From Squalus acanthias (lineage: Eukaryota), in assembly GCA_030390025.1 (NCBI GenBank), contig CM059432.1, forward strand, positions 40,736,001 to 40,800,000: 64,000 nt of DNA, in the 5' to 3' direction. The notes beneath the pieces are model-generated. The model ran no database searches and was not told the origin of the DNA. It saw only the letters and a list, made by a program, of their open reading frames with translations. Every line of letters begins with the position of its first letter. Position 1 is the stretch's first letter. This document shows positions 1 to 11,897 of the stretch, piece by piece. A program made the translations under genes and the position numbers.

Positions 1-1591
1 TATTCCCACCAAACTGCTGACCACCCAACTTCCTTTTCTGGCTCCCATGTTAGCTGACATTGTTAACGGTTCTATCTCCTCGGGTACTATCCCCCTCTCC
101 CTCAAATCTGCCATCATCACCCCTCTCCTCAAAAAAATCCCTTGACCCCTCTGTCCTTGCAAACTACTGCCTCATCCCCAACCTCCCTTTCCTCTCCAAA
201 GTCCTTGAACGTGTTGTCGCCTAGCAAACCCGTGCCCATCTTTCCCGCAACTCCATGTTTGAATCCCTCCAATCAGGTTTCCGCCCTTGCCACATTACCG
301 AAACAGCTCTCATCAAAGTCACAAATGACATCCTTTGTGACTGTGACAAAGGTAAACTATCCCTGCTTGTCCTTGTCGACTTGTCTGCAGCCTTTGACAC
401 AGTTGACCACTTCATCCTCCTCCAACACCTCTCCACCGTCATCCAGCTGGATGGGGCTGCACTCGCCTGGTTCCATTCTTATATATCTAATCGTAGCCAG
501 AGAATCACCTGCAACAGCTTCTCTTCCCGCTCCCGCATCATTACCTCTGGTGTCCCCCCCAAGGATCTATCCTTGGCCCCCCTCCGATTTCTCATCTACA
601 TGCTGCCCGTTGGCGACATCATCCGAAAACACAACGTTAGTTTCCACATGTACGCTGACAACACCCAGCTCTACCCCAACACCACTTCTCGTGACCCTTC
701 CACGGTCTCTAAATTGTCAGACTGCTTGTCCGACATCCAGTTCTGGATGAGCAGAAATTTTCTCCAATTAAAGATTGGAAAGATCAAAGCCATTGTTTTC
801 GGTCCCCACCACAAACTCCGTTCCCTACCCACTGACTCCATCCCTCTCCCTAACATCTGTCTGAGGCTGAACCACACTGTTCGCAACCTTGGTGTTATAT
901 TTGACCCTGAAAATGAGCTTCCGACCACATATCCGTGGCATAACCAAGATTGCCTATTTCCACCAATGTAACATTGCCCGACTTCGCCCTTGCCTCAGCC
1001 CATCCGTTGCTGAAACCCTCATCCATGCCTTTGTTACCTCTAGACTTGACTATTCCAATGCACTCCTCGCTGGCCTCCCACATTCTACCCTACGTAAACT
1101 TGAGGTCATCCAAAAATCGGCTGCCCGTGTCCTAACTCGCACCCATCACCCCTGTGCTCACTGACCTACATTGGCTCCAGGTTACGCAACGCCTCTATTC
1201 CAAATTTCTCATCCTTGTTTTCAAATCCCTCCATGGCCTTGCACCTCCCTATCTCTGTAATCTCCTCCAGCCCCACAACTCCAGAGATATCTGCGCTCCT
1301 CTAATTCTGCCCTCTTGAGCATCCCTGATGATAATCGCTCAATCATTGGTGGCCGTGCCTTCTGTTGCCTAGGCCCTAAGCTCTGCAATTTCCTCCCTAA
1401 ACCTCTCCACCTCGCTATCCTCCTTTAAGACGCTCCTTAAAACCTACCTCTTTGACCAAGCTTTTGGTCATCTGCCCTAATTTCTCCTTATGTGGCTCGG
1501 TGTCAAATTTGTCTTATAACACTCCTGTGAAGCACCTTGGGACATTTTACTACGTTAAAGGCGCTATATAAAATACAAGTTCTTGTTGTTG
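1..1591 (+). mobile_element. L2-clade LINE, 3' part (RT domain with frameshifts, 3' tail)
   Basis: ORFs 255-971 and 889-1164 contain RT motifs (QSGFRP, DLSAAFDTVDH, YADNTQLY) and the L2-type C-terminus (IHAFVTSRLDYSN); ends in GGCGCTATATAAAATACAAG plus a (TTG)n tail. Confidence 0.92.
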
Positions 1592-1628
1592 CAAATGGGA
1601 AGCAGCTCAGCCCCAGTGACAGATTACT

Positions 1629-2281
1629 AAGGCCGGAGCCCGCTGCAGGCTACTGCGTGTCCCCTTGATTCCAACTCTTATTATAGGAGAGCTGCAAATT
1701 CTCCACTCAGGTTCCCATGCAATTGCACGAGAATTCCAATAGTGAGCGAGGCTAGCTAGCTAACAGTCAACTGTGCCCTGGAGTACTGCAACCTGCCTCG
1801 CTCAATGATTGTATGGCCAAGTCTATCGCAGAAGGCAAGTTTGGTTCCAAACATCTATTGCCAAGCAAGATATCTTGGAGCCACCTCAACCCTGGAGATA
1901 CCCTGCCTACTCCCTCCCCTCCCCCTCACCCCAAGGAATCACTAATTGTACATTGCACATTACACAACTGACAAGTGCATGTTAAAGCTCTTGCTAGGAG
2001 TACTTCACAAGAGGCATGACGAGCAGCCAACTCACTATAAAATGTGAGTGCACTGCCACCATTCCCCTGATTACAGCATAGACACACACAGGAGTGGTGT
2101 TTGCCTTGCAGGGGCCTTGTACAAGGTTCAGTTTGGAGCCATTACATTTTACTTACAGTTTTTAAGAACTGAATTTCATCTTCTCCTTCTTCCAACTCAG
2201 GCAGGAGGGTGAGTGAGACAGGTGAGAAGGTCGGAGCCCGCTGCAGGCTACTGAGTGTCCCCTTGATTACAACTCTTATTA
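1629..2281. repeat. ~55 bp dispersed direct repeat (1629-1683 and 2227-2281)
   Basis: AAGG(C/T)CGGAGCCCGCTGCAGGCTACTG(C/A)GTGTCCCCTTGATT(C/A)CAACTCTTATTA occurs twice with 3 mismatches. Confidence 0.85.
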
Positions 2282-2309
2282 CAACTCGGGTCAATGGCAT
2301 GAGTTGCAT
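2157..2309 (-). CDS. Putative first coding exon of a ryanodine receptor (RyR family); conserved core 2157-2204, nearest in-frame ATGs at 2300 and 2309
   Basis: Translation ...LPELEEGEDEIQFLKT followed directly by GTAAGT (2151-2156). Compare recalled RYR2 exon 1 MADGGEGEDEIQFLRT and RYR1 MGDAEGEDEVQFLRT, both followed by a phase-0 intron. Paralog identity cannot be assigned. Confidence 0.7.
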
Positions 2310-2716
2310 GGCTGTAACGCCGCCTCTGGACACACACTATTCGCCACTGAATGGTTGACAGCTTCAATAATAGCTGCTTGCCTTTCTGTTAGGTAGCATC
2401 AAGCATGAACATACGAGTGGTGCTGCTGGAGTATAAACAGCTAAAACCACAAAGCTTGTTGTCATACCCAGTCTCCAGCAGCTGCCTTCCCAAGACTTAA
2501 AATGTCTTCACTAGTTATATAAAGGATATCTGCCTTCAATGTAGTGGAAGGACCTAGTCAGGACAGCTTGCACCTTGCCAACAGCCTTAATATTCTAGAT
2601 TTCAAAGTCCAAGGCTTAATTGTTCCAACTTTATCATCAACATATGCATCAAATCTGCTGTTATTTTCAGCATTTTCTGTGACCATAGACAACAACATTT
2701 AAAAACAATAAAAAAG

Positions 2717-3491
2717 AAAAGACCTGCACTTATATAGCACCTTTAATGTAGTAAAACGTCCCAAGTCGCTTCGCAGAAGCAGCAACAAAATTTGACGCCG
2801 AGCCACATAAGGACATATTAGGACAGGTGACCAAAACCTTGGTTAAAACAGTAGGTTTAAGTAGTGTCTTAAAGGAGGAAAGAGAGGTGGAGAGATGGAA
2901 AGGTTTAGGGAGGGAATTCCAGAGCTTAGGTCCTAGGCAGCTGAAGGCATGGTCACCAATGGTGGAGCGATGAAAATCAGGGATGCGCAAGAGCCCAGAA
3001 TTGGAGGAGTGCAGAGATCTGAGGGTGGTAGGGCTGGAGGAGGTTACAGAGATAGAGAGGAGCGAGGCCATGGAGGGATTTGAAAGCAAGGATGAGAATT
3101 TTAAAATCGCGGCAGATGGATGAACAGGACTTGGTGTGAGTTAGGATACGGGCAGCAGAGTTTTGGATGAGCTCAAGTTTACAGAGGATGCAAGATGGGA
3201 GGCCGGCCATGAGAGCATTGGAATAGTCGGGTCTAGTGGTGACAAAGGCATGGATGTGGGTCTCAAATGAGCTGAGGTAGTGGCAGAGACAGGCGATGTT
3301 TCGGAGGTGAACGTAATGGTGATGGAGAGAATATGAGGTCGGAATCTCAGCTCAGAGTCAAATAGGACACTATGGTTGCGAGCAGTCTGGTTCAGACTCA
3401 GACAGTGGCCAGGGAAAGGGTTGGAGTCGGTGGCTAGGGAATGGAGCTTGTGGCAGGGACTTAAGGCAATGGCTTCCATCTTCCCAATATT
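2717..3491 (-). mobile_element. L2 LINE 3' fragment, decayed
   Basis: Reverse complement of the same L2 3' end as 1-1591 (FKSLHGLAPLYL, AFSCLGPKLWNSLP). Confidence 0.88.
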
Positions 3492-3565
3492 TACAAGGTG
3501 TGTCGGCAACCTATCTGACTGTGGAATACATCACAACCTAAGAATATCCCAACACTGGACAAACA

Positions 3566-5306
3566 GGGGGCTCTGGGGGGGGAGGAGCTAAATACGATTA
3601 AAATCACTAAGGAATTGGTACTCAGTAAAATAATGGGACTCAAGGTGGATAAATCCCCTGGACCTGATGGCTTACATCCTAGGGTCTTGAGGGAAGTGGC
3701 AGTAGGGATTGTGGATGCTTTGGTAATAATTTTCCAAAATTCCCTGGACTCAGCAAAGGTCCCGGCAGATTGGAAAACTGCTAATGTAACACCCTTATTT
3801 AAAAAGGGTAGTAGGCAGAAGGCTGGAAATTATAGACCAGTTAGCCTAACATCTGTGGTGGGTAAAATTTTGGAGTCTATTATTAAGGAGACAGTAACGG
3901 AACATTTAGATAAACATAATTTAATAGGACAAAGTCAGCATGGCTTTATGAAGGGGAAGTCATGTCTGACAAATTTGCTTGAGTTCTTTGAGGACATAAC
4001 ATACAGGGTGGATAAAGGGGAACCAGTGGACGTAGTGTATTTAGACTTCCAGAAGGCATTCGACAAGGTGCCACATAAAAGATTATTGCTCAAGATAAAA
4101 AATCACTGGATTGGGGGTAATATTCTGGCATGGGTGGAGGATTGGTTATCTAACAGGAAGCAGAGAGTTGGGATAAATGGTTCATTCTCGGACTGGCAAC
4201 CAGTAGCCAGTGGTGTTCCGCAGGGGTCGGTGCTGGGTACCCAACTCTTTACAATCTATATTAACGATTTGGAGGAGGGGACCGAGTGTAACATATCAAA
4301 GTTTGCAGATGATACAAAGATGGGAGGGAAAGTAGAAAGTGAGGAGGACATAAAAAACCTACAAGGGGATATAGACAGGCTGGGTGAGTGGGCGGAGATT
4401 TGGCAGATACAATACAATATTGGAAAATGTGAGGTTATGCACTTTGGCAGGAAAAATCAGAGAGCAAGTTATTATCTTAATGGCGAGAAACTGGAAAGTA
4501 CTGCAGTACAAAGGGATCTGGGGGTCCTAGTGCAAGAAAATCAAAAAGTTAGTATGCAGGTGCAGCAGGTGATCAAGAAGGCCAACAGAATGTTGGCTTT
4601 TATTGCTAGGGGGATAGATTATAAAAACAGGGAGGTATTGCTGCAGTTATATAAAGGTATTGGTGAGACCGCACCTGGAATACTGTGTACAGTTTTGGTG
4701 TCCATACTTAAGAAAAGACATACTTGCTCTCGAGGCAGTACAAAGAAGGTTCACTCGGTTAATCCCGGGGATGAGGGGGTGGACATATGAGGAGAGGTTG
4801 AGTAGATTGGGACTCTACTCATTGGAGTTCAGAAGAATGAGAGGCGATCTTATTGAAACATATAAGATTGTGAAGGGGCTTGATCGGGTGGATGCAGTAA
4901 GGATGTTCCCAAGGATGGGTGAAACTAGAACTAGGGGGCATAATCTTAGAATAAGGGGCTGCTCTTTCAAAACTGAGATGAGGAGAAACTTCTTCACCCA
5001 GAGGGTAGTAGGTCTGTGGAATTTGCTGCCCCAGGAAGCTACATCATTAAATAAATTTAAAACAGAAATAGATAGTTTTCTAGAGGTAAAGGGAATTAGG
5101 GGTTATGGTGAGCGGGCAGGAAATTGGACATGAGGCCCTGTGGGTGGCGGAGCGGGCCCAGGGGCTGAGTGGCCGGGTCCTGCTCCTACTTCTTGTGTTC
5201 TTTAGATTTGAGGTTAGGATCAGATCAGCCATGATCTTATTGAATGGCGGAGCAGGCTCGAGGGGCCGATTGGCCTACTCCTGCTCCTATTTCTTATGTT
5301 CTTATG
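3566..5306 (+). mobile_element. CR1-clade LINE, 5'-truncated, young; RT ORF with one frameshift near 4655
   Basis: KSPGPDGLHPRVL, NYRPVSLTS, YLDFQKAFDKVPH, SGVPQGSVLG, FADDTK, RPHLEYCVQFW; 3' tail CCTACTCCTGCTCCTATTTCTTATGTTCTTATG. Confidence 0.95.
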
Positions 5307-5309
5307 TAA

Positions 5310-5527
5310 CCTATCCCATTAATGGTCCCACGTGCAGTGCACATACCTTTACTTTCCAGCAAGGGTCACTGAATAATGATCAGAAGTGAAAACTATTGCT
5401 GATCTTCCCTCTCTAGCTCAGGGATGCTGAGGCCAATTACAAGGTTCCAGAGATCAGATAATTCAGTACAGATCAGTAACTGAAAGCAGGACCTTTTGGT
5501 CTGCATGGCTTAATACTACACTGGCAC
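5310..5527 (-). mobile_element. Old tRNA-derived SINE fragment (AmnSINE2-like)
   Basis: Diverged similarity to copies at 63213-63690, 58855-59205 and 42165-42452 (GAGGCCAATT, TTCCAGCA-GGGTCACTG motifs); family name from recall. Confidence 0.5.
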
Positions 5528-5829
5528 ATCCCCTTCCCCACTTCCTCAAAAATACCCCACCCAAAATGTGAAACTATCTTTTATCTTCCAAATGCCGAGG
5601 GACCTACTGACCATTTTTTTTAAATTTCACATTTCTGGTATTTGCAATTTTTCATTTGATCCCTGTGCTTTAACTACTGTTTCGCATCTCAACAAAGTAT
5701 ACATTTATCTACCTACATACCAACCTTGTGCTTCAAACCAACTGGGAGGCTGCCCATGTTGATCTAAATTGTTTTTCTTTTAAAACAGAATAACACATCT
5801 GATCTCACACAATTGCTATAATCGTCAAT

Positions 5830-6400
5830 CACAACGCGCATTTCCACAATCCATGCCTACACAGCCCTCGATTTATTTACACCAAGGCAGGAAGGGAAAT
5901 GGTAATCAGTCCGTCTTCCTGTTTTAAACCCCTGATTCAATGTACAGATTTAATTTACAATTATGGAAACCTTACTACGACTCAACCGCGTCTGCGTGGG
6001 TGCAACAAATCCTGGGGGGGCGGGAGAGAAAATAAATGCAATCTAAGTATTATTTCCGTTCTGCAATTTTAAAAAAATACATTGACGAAGCTTTAGAAGC
6101 CAGATACAGACCTGATAGATGTACAGCCCGGGCCAGCCAGCGTGCGCGCGCGCCAATCCGCGGCGTTTACCCCGGAAAGCGCGAGCAGCTTCTACCCGCA
6201 CCAGCCGACCAGAGAATTGGACCTTTCTACAGAAACCAGCGAACAACCAGCCACGGTTGAAAAAGAATAGAAAGGGTGTATATTTATACAGAAAATGCAA
6301 CCTTTAAGATCCTAACTTTACAGATAAATAAGTTACCAACTAACCCCACTCTCCAGCCAGAATTCCCCGCGCGGGTGCTGCAAATAATTGTGTCCGACTT
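5830..6400. promoter_or_regulatory. Small CpG-rich island, possible promoter or enhancer
   Basis: Local CpG excess (GCGTGCGCGCGCGCCAATCCGCGGCG, CCCCGCGCGGG), a CCAAT and a GGGCGG box, in otherwise CpG-poor sequence. Confidence 0.45.
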
Positions 6401-6549
6401 GTTTAAAACATGGTTCCCAGGAATCAATAAAGCACCTATTTTTACGTTAAGTTTGTGCCTTGTAATAATCTTTTATTTCCTCTGTTGTGGGGGTGGTGGA
6501 TATTTATTGAAAGGGGTAAGCACGCCGTGTTTAACCTACCATTGTAAGT

Positions 6550-7205
6550 CTATAGTAATCAAAAAGGCTAATGGAATGTTAGCCTTTATCTCAAGAGGGC
6601 TGGAATACAAAAGTGAGGAAGTGCACAGAGTTGTAGAGTTCAATTCAGTTGTACAGAGCCTTGGTCAGACCCCATCTGGAGTGCTGGGTTCAGTTTTGGA
6701 CACCAAACCTCAGAAATTATATATTGGCCTTGGAGTGGGTACAGCACAGATTCACCAGATTGATACCAGGGCTTAAAGGGTTAAATTATGAGGCCAGATT
6801 GTATAAACTTTTTATATTCGATTGCCATTAGAAGGTTGAGGGTTGATCTAATTGAAATCTTTAAAATTATAAAGGTATTCAATAAGGTAGATACAGAGAA
6901 ATTATTTCCTCTGGTGGGGGAATCCAGAACAAGAGGGCACAGTCCTAAAATTATTGCTAGGTCATTTAGGAGGGAAATCAGGAAGCACTTTTTCACACAA
7001 AGGGTAGTGGGAATCTGAAACACTCACCCCCAAAAGGCAGTGGATGCTGGGCCAATTGAAATTTCCAAGACTGTGAGAGATTTTTGTTAGGCAAGAGTAT
7101 CAAGGGATATGGAGCAAGGCAGGCAAATGGGGGTGAGGTACAGATCAGTCATGTTCTAATTGAATGTCTCAAGGGGCTGAATGGCCTAATCATGTTTCCT
7201 CATGT
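6550..7205 (+). mobile_element. CR1 LINE 3' fragment
   Basis: KKANGMLAFISRGLEYKS, RPHLECWVQFW, RTRGHSPKI; CR1-type 3' UTR. Confidence 0.9.
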
Positions 7206-7742
7206 TAGTAGTTATCAGTTGTAAGGTTATGATTTTTAGTGAGGTCCAAATACTCTGCAGGCATTGTACATCCCTTGAGAGACAAATGTTGGTGTCATTT
7301 GAGTCTCAACTGTAGAGCTTTAGTTATTTCTGTTGATAATCCCACCCTCCTGACTGGGACTGGTCCAATATGCCTTGGTATATTTCCAAGGAATATGGTA
7401 TACCCTTTCCAAAAAATATTTACTTCATATTCTGCAAGATTTTTAAGCTCTGTAATTGTTGACAATTGGGCTTTGTCTTTGTAGTTTTTACGTGGTACCA
7501 ACCTGAGAAACCCTACGTAACAAAATTTGTTGGTGTTTTTGTAATCACAAGTAAATACCTTCTACAAGAATGTGACTGTAGTTTTCAGTGTTTAAAAACC
7601 AAGTTGCAAATAAAATTGTAAGCTAATTAAGTAACTTATACCCTGTCAGCATTATACATTCTACTTAGATGTTCACATCTTGATCTTGATCTTTTCTTTT
7701 GCCTTTGCCATTAACCAGTCCTTGGCAAAGTCCCTTGATTTC

Positions 7743-8439
7743 TGTATTCGCTGGTCACGATGTGGTCTCCTCTACATTGGGGAGACCAAACGCAGATTGG
7801 GTGTCCGCTTTGCGGAACACCTCCGTTCCGTCCATAAGGGGGACCCCGAACTCCCGGTGGCCTGTCACTTTAATTCTCCGCTCCACTCCCACTCTGACCT
7901 CACGATCCTCGGCCTATTACACTGTTCCACGGAAGCTCAGCGTAAGCTCGAGGAACAGCACCTCATCTTTCGTTGAGGCACCCTACAGCCCTCTGGACTC
8001 AACATCGAGTTCAACAATTTTAGATCATAACCTCAGCCCCTATCACATTTATATTTTATTTTTTCATCCACCCTTTTGTTTGGGCCCCCCCCTTTTTTTT
8101 CCCTCCCAGAAGCTGGCAGCTGTCCTTCATTCTGCCAGTGCATTTCACACTTCATTTAGCCTCAACCTGTCACATTAACACCTCCTCTTGCCTTGATTAT
8201 CTCTTAATGTCTCTCAATGTCTCTTAATCTCTCCTTTTGTTCTTTCATCCCCTCCCCCTTTTCCCAGCTTTATACTTGCTTTAAATCTATTTCATTTCCT
8301 GCTTTTTTCCAGTTCTGACGAAAGGTTTTCGACCTGAAACGTTAACTCTGTTTCTCTCTCCACGGATGCTGCCTGGCCTGCTGAGTTTTTCCAGCGTTTT
8401 CTGTTATTTCGGATTTCCAGCATCCGCAGTATTTTGCTA
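7743..8439 (+). mobile_element. Penelope-like element 3' fragment (GIY-YIG endonuclease plus terminal repeat) with 12-bp TSD
   Basis: CGLLYIGETKRRLGVRFAEHLRSV...PVACHFNS...RKLEEQHLIFR is a GIY-YIG domain; TCCCTTGATTTC flanks both sides (7731-7742 and 8440-8451). Confidence 0.88.
8311..8347 (+). ncRNA. Minimal type I hammerhead ribozyme motif in a Penelope-like terminal repeat
   Basis: AGTT-CTGACGA-A-AGGTT TTC GACCT-GAAAC GT T-AACT: CUGANGA and GAAA core, stem II hairpin, 4-bp stem I, palindromic AACGTT stem III. Confidence 0.7.
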
Positions 8440-9408
8440 TCCCTTGATTTCAGTTGTTGAATACTTTTAAATTGACCTCAGATTACATTCTTGAAACACC
8501 TACCATTAACCGGTTTCTCTCCTCACACCACGTACACGGATCAGCATCGGATCAAATTACACCAGTGCACAGAAACATCAGGAATTTTCCCCTGTGTTTA
8601 GGGATACACATATATAGACTGTGATCCTACTCTTTACTGCTTCAGATTAATGAATCACTCACCCTGATTCGCTGGTATCATTCACGTAACTGCTGGGTTG
8701 CCACACTCCAAAAGCAACACTCAAGAGGCTGACTGAAATCGCACCAGAATGCACAGTGAGTTGCCCCCAATGTAGAGGAGACCACATCGTGACCAGCGAA
8801 TACATGCAATTTAGCATATTTGTACAAGCCTAAAGTTTAGCACATGTGAAAAAGCAATAGCTGGCAAAGTATTGAGTGGAGATTTTAACTGCACAGAGCT
8901 ATCATGTTCAGGATAATATTAGGAAAAGGGTGAAATTTATGATTTAAAAAAATTAAGCATTTTGGGGATCTGTGTTCACCATATGGTTAACCCGTTTCCT
9001 AGTTTTTTGGGAGTTTCCTTTTTCTTGTTCTTTTCTCTCCTGCAGAATTTTGGGCTCTTAGTATCCTCATATAGAATCCCTACATTGTTAATGTTTTGTC
9101 ATTCAAGATGTCATTAGTACGGTTTCCTTTTCATAGCCTTTCTTAAAGAATGCCACATCCAGATCTGCCTGCAGGTCTTGACCAGAGTTAATACAGACAA
9201 GAACCAGCAGGTCTCCACTAGTTACATTATAAAAGAGGCTCCGAACCTCCTCATTCTTAATATGTATAGATGCCTGCCACTTCTGACCCCAGCCTGGACC
9301 CACTGCTAAACTTTGAAGGATCACACCATACATCTGTGAAAACAGAACAACAGCACCCTCGGTGGTTCTAGGAATGCCTGACGAATTTAGTAAGCACCTT
9401 CAGATGCT

Positions 9409-9870
9409 GTCAGCTGCGCCTCAGTTGGTAGCACCCTTGGCTCTGAGTCAGAAGGTTGAGGGTTCAAGTCCCACTCGAGAGACTTGAGCACAAAAATCTA
9501 GGCTGATACTCCAGTGCAGTAGTGAGGGAGTGCTGCACTGTCAGAGGTGCTGTCTTTTAGATGAGACGTTAAACTGAGGCCCTGACTGCTCTCTCAGGTG
9601 GAGGTAAAAAATCCCATGGTACTATTTCAAAGAAGATCAGGGGAGTTATTCCCAGTGTCCTGGCCAGTATTTATCCCTCAATCAACATCACTAAAACAGA
9701 TTACAGTATCTAGTCATTATCACATTGCTGTTTGTGGGAGCTTGCTGTGCGCAAATTGGTTGCCGCGTTGCCTACATTACAACAGTGACTGCACTTCAAA
9801 AAGTACTTCATTGGCTTTGAGACATCTGGTGGTCGTGAAAGGCACTATCTAAATGCAAGTCTTTTCTTTC
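9409..9870 (+). mobile_element. tRNA-derived Deu-domain SINE (SacSINE1-like) with L2-type tail
   Basis: A/B-box-like head (CTCAGTTGG...GGTTCAAGTCC), central GATGAGACGTTAAAC...ATCCCATGG block, tail AAAGGCACTATCTAAATGCAAG shared with the L2 3' end. Confidence 0.85.
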
Positions 9871-9889
9871 TGTCAATCACTAAGGAATA

Positions 9890-11596
9890 CAACAGCTTGC
9901 ATTTATATAGCGCCATTAACGTAGTAAAACATCTCAAATTGCTTCACAGGAGCATTATCAAACAAAATTTGACACTGAGCCATGTAAGGGGATATTAGGG
10001 CAGGTCAACGAACATAGGAACAGGATTAGATCATTGAGCCCCTTGAGCCTGTTCCGCCATTCAATGAGATCATGGCTGATCTGCGACCTAACTCCATATA
10101 CCCGCCTTTGGCCCATATCCCTTAATACCTTTGGTTAACAAAAAGCTATCAATCTCAGATTTAAAATTAACAATTGATGTAGCATCAATTGCCATTTGAG
10201 GAAGTGAGTTCCAAACTTCTACCATCCTTTGTGTGTAGAAGTGTTTCCTAATTTCACTCCTGAAAGGTCTGGATTTAATTTTTAGACTATGCCCCCAGTT
10301 CTACAATCCCCAACCAATGGAAATAGTTTCTCTCTATCTACCCTATCTGTTCCCCTTAATATCTTGAAAACTTCGATCAGATCACCCCTTAACCTTCTAC
10401 ATTCTAGGGAATACAACCCTAATTTGTGTGATCTCTCCTCGTAACTTAACCCTTGAAGTCCAGGTATCATTCTGGTAAACCTACACTGCACTCCCTCCAA
10501 GGCCAATATATCCTTCCTAAGGTGTGGTGCCCAGAACTGCTCACAGTATTCCAGGTGTGGTCTAACCAGGGTTTTGTACAGCTGCAGCATAACTTCTACC
10601 CCCTTGTACTCTAGTCCTCTAGATATAAAGGCCAGCATTCCATTTGCCGTTTTGATTATTTTCTGTACCTGTTCATGACATTTTAATGATCTATGTACCT
10701 CGACCCCCAAGTCTCTTTGGACCTCCACTGTTTGTGACTTTTCACCATTTAAAAAGTCAAGAGGAGCGTCTTAAAGGAGGAAAGAGAGGTAGAGAGGCTG
10801 AGAGGTTTAGGGAGGGAATTCCAGAGCATAGGGCCTTGGCAACTGAAGGCACGGCCACCAATGGTGGAGCGATTAAAATCAGGGATGCGCAAGAGGCCAG
10901 AATTGGAGGAGCGCAGATATCTCGGAGGGCTGTAGGGCTGGAGGAGGTTACAGAGTTAGGGAGGGACGAGGCCATGGAGGCATTTGAAAACAAGGATGAG
11001 AATTTTAAAATCAAAGCGTTGCTTAACTAGGAGCCAGTGTAGGTCAGTGAGCACAGGGGTGCTTTGTGAACGGGACCTGGTGCGAGTTAGGACACGGGCA
11101 GCCAAGTTTTGGACGAGCTTAAGTGAGGCCGGCTAGTGTGCTTTGCAATAGTCAAGCCTAGAGGTAACAAAGGCATGGAAGAGTGTTTCAGCAGCAGATG
11201 AGCTGAGGCAGGGGAGGAGTGGAGCGATGTTACAGAGGTGGAAATAGGCAGTCTTAGTGACGGCGCAGATATGTGGTCGGAAACTCATCTCGGGGTCAAA
11301 TACGACACCAAGGTTGCGAATAGTCTGTTTCAGCCCCAGACAGTTGCCAGGGAGAGGGATAGAGTCGGTGGCTAGGGAACTGAGTTTGTGGATCGAAGAC
11401 AATAGTTTCGGTCTTGCCAATATTTAGTTGGAGGAACAAGCAGTCTAGCAATTTAGAGACAGTGGAGGGGTCAAGAGAGGTGGTGGTGAGGTAGAGCTCG
11501 ATGTGGAACCTGCCGTTGTGTTTTCGGATGATGTAGCCGATGGGCAGCATGTAGATGAGAAATAGGAGGGGGCCAAGGATAGACCCTTGGGGGATA
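9890..11596 (-). mobile_element. L2 LINE 3' fragment split by a CR1 insertion (L2 at 9890-10005 and 10757-11596)
   Basis: L2 tail at 9890-10005 resumes at about 10757 (GGAGCGTCTTAAAGGAGG); [17 protein letters not shown] at the 5' end. Confidence 0.85.
10010..10755 (-). mobile_element. CR1 LINE 3' fragment nested in L2
   Basis: ORF 10282-10728: QRDLGV...ANGMLAFISRGLEYK...RPHLEYCEQFWAP. Confidence 0.92.
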
Positions 11597-11782
11597 CTTG
11601 CCTGACTTGCCATTGTCTAATAATATCATGGACTGTCTGAATTAGTTAGTGGCACAGGATTGTAGGAACTACAAAAATCAGAGGGCCATCATGAATAGTA
11701 TTGTTTTATTAAGGGACAATGGAACTGTTTGTACAGTGACTGCTCTTTCCACTCAAAAGCAGATTGAAGTGCTGGAAGCACC

Positions 11783-11897
11783 CCCGTGCTCGCTGACCTA
11801 TGTTGGCTCCCAGTTAAGCAACGCTTTGATTTTAAAATTCTCATCCTTGTTTTCAAATCCCTCCATGGCCTCGCCCCTCCCTAACTCTGTAACCTCC
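11783..11897 (+). mobile_element. Short L2 fragment
   Basis: Near-identical inverted match to about 10943-11060. Confidence 0.8.

Noticed and set aside
9409..9480. tRNA-like sequence (also near 38430-38494 and 57661-57730)
   Set aside because: SINE heads continuous with SINE bodies, not tRNA genes
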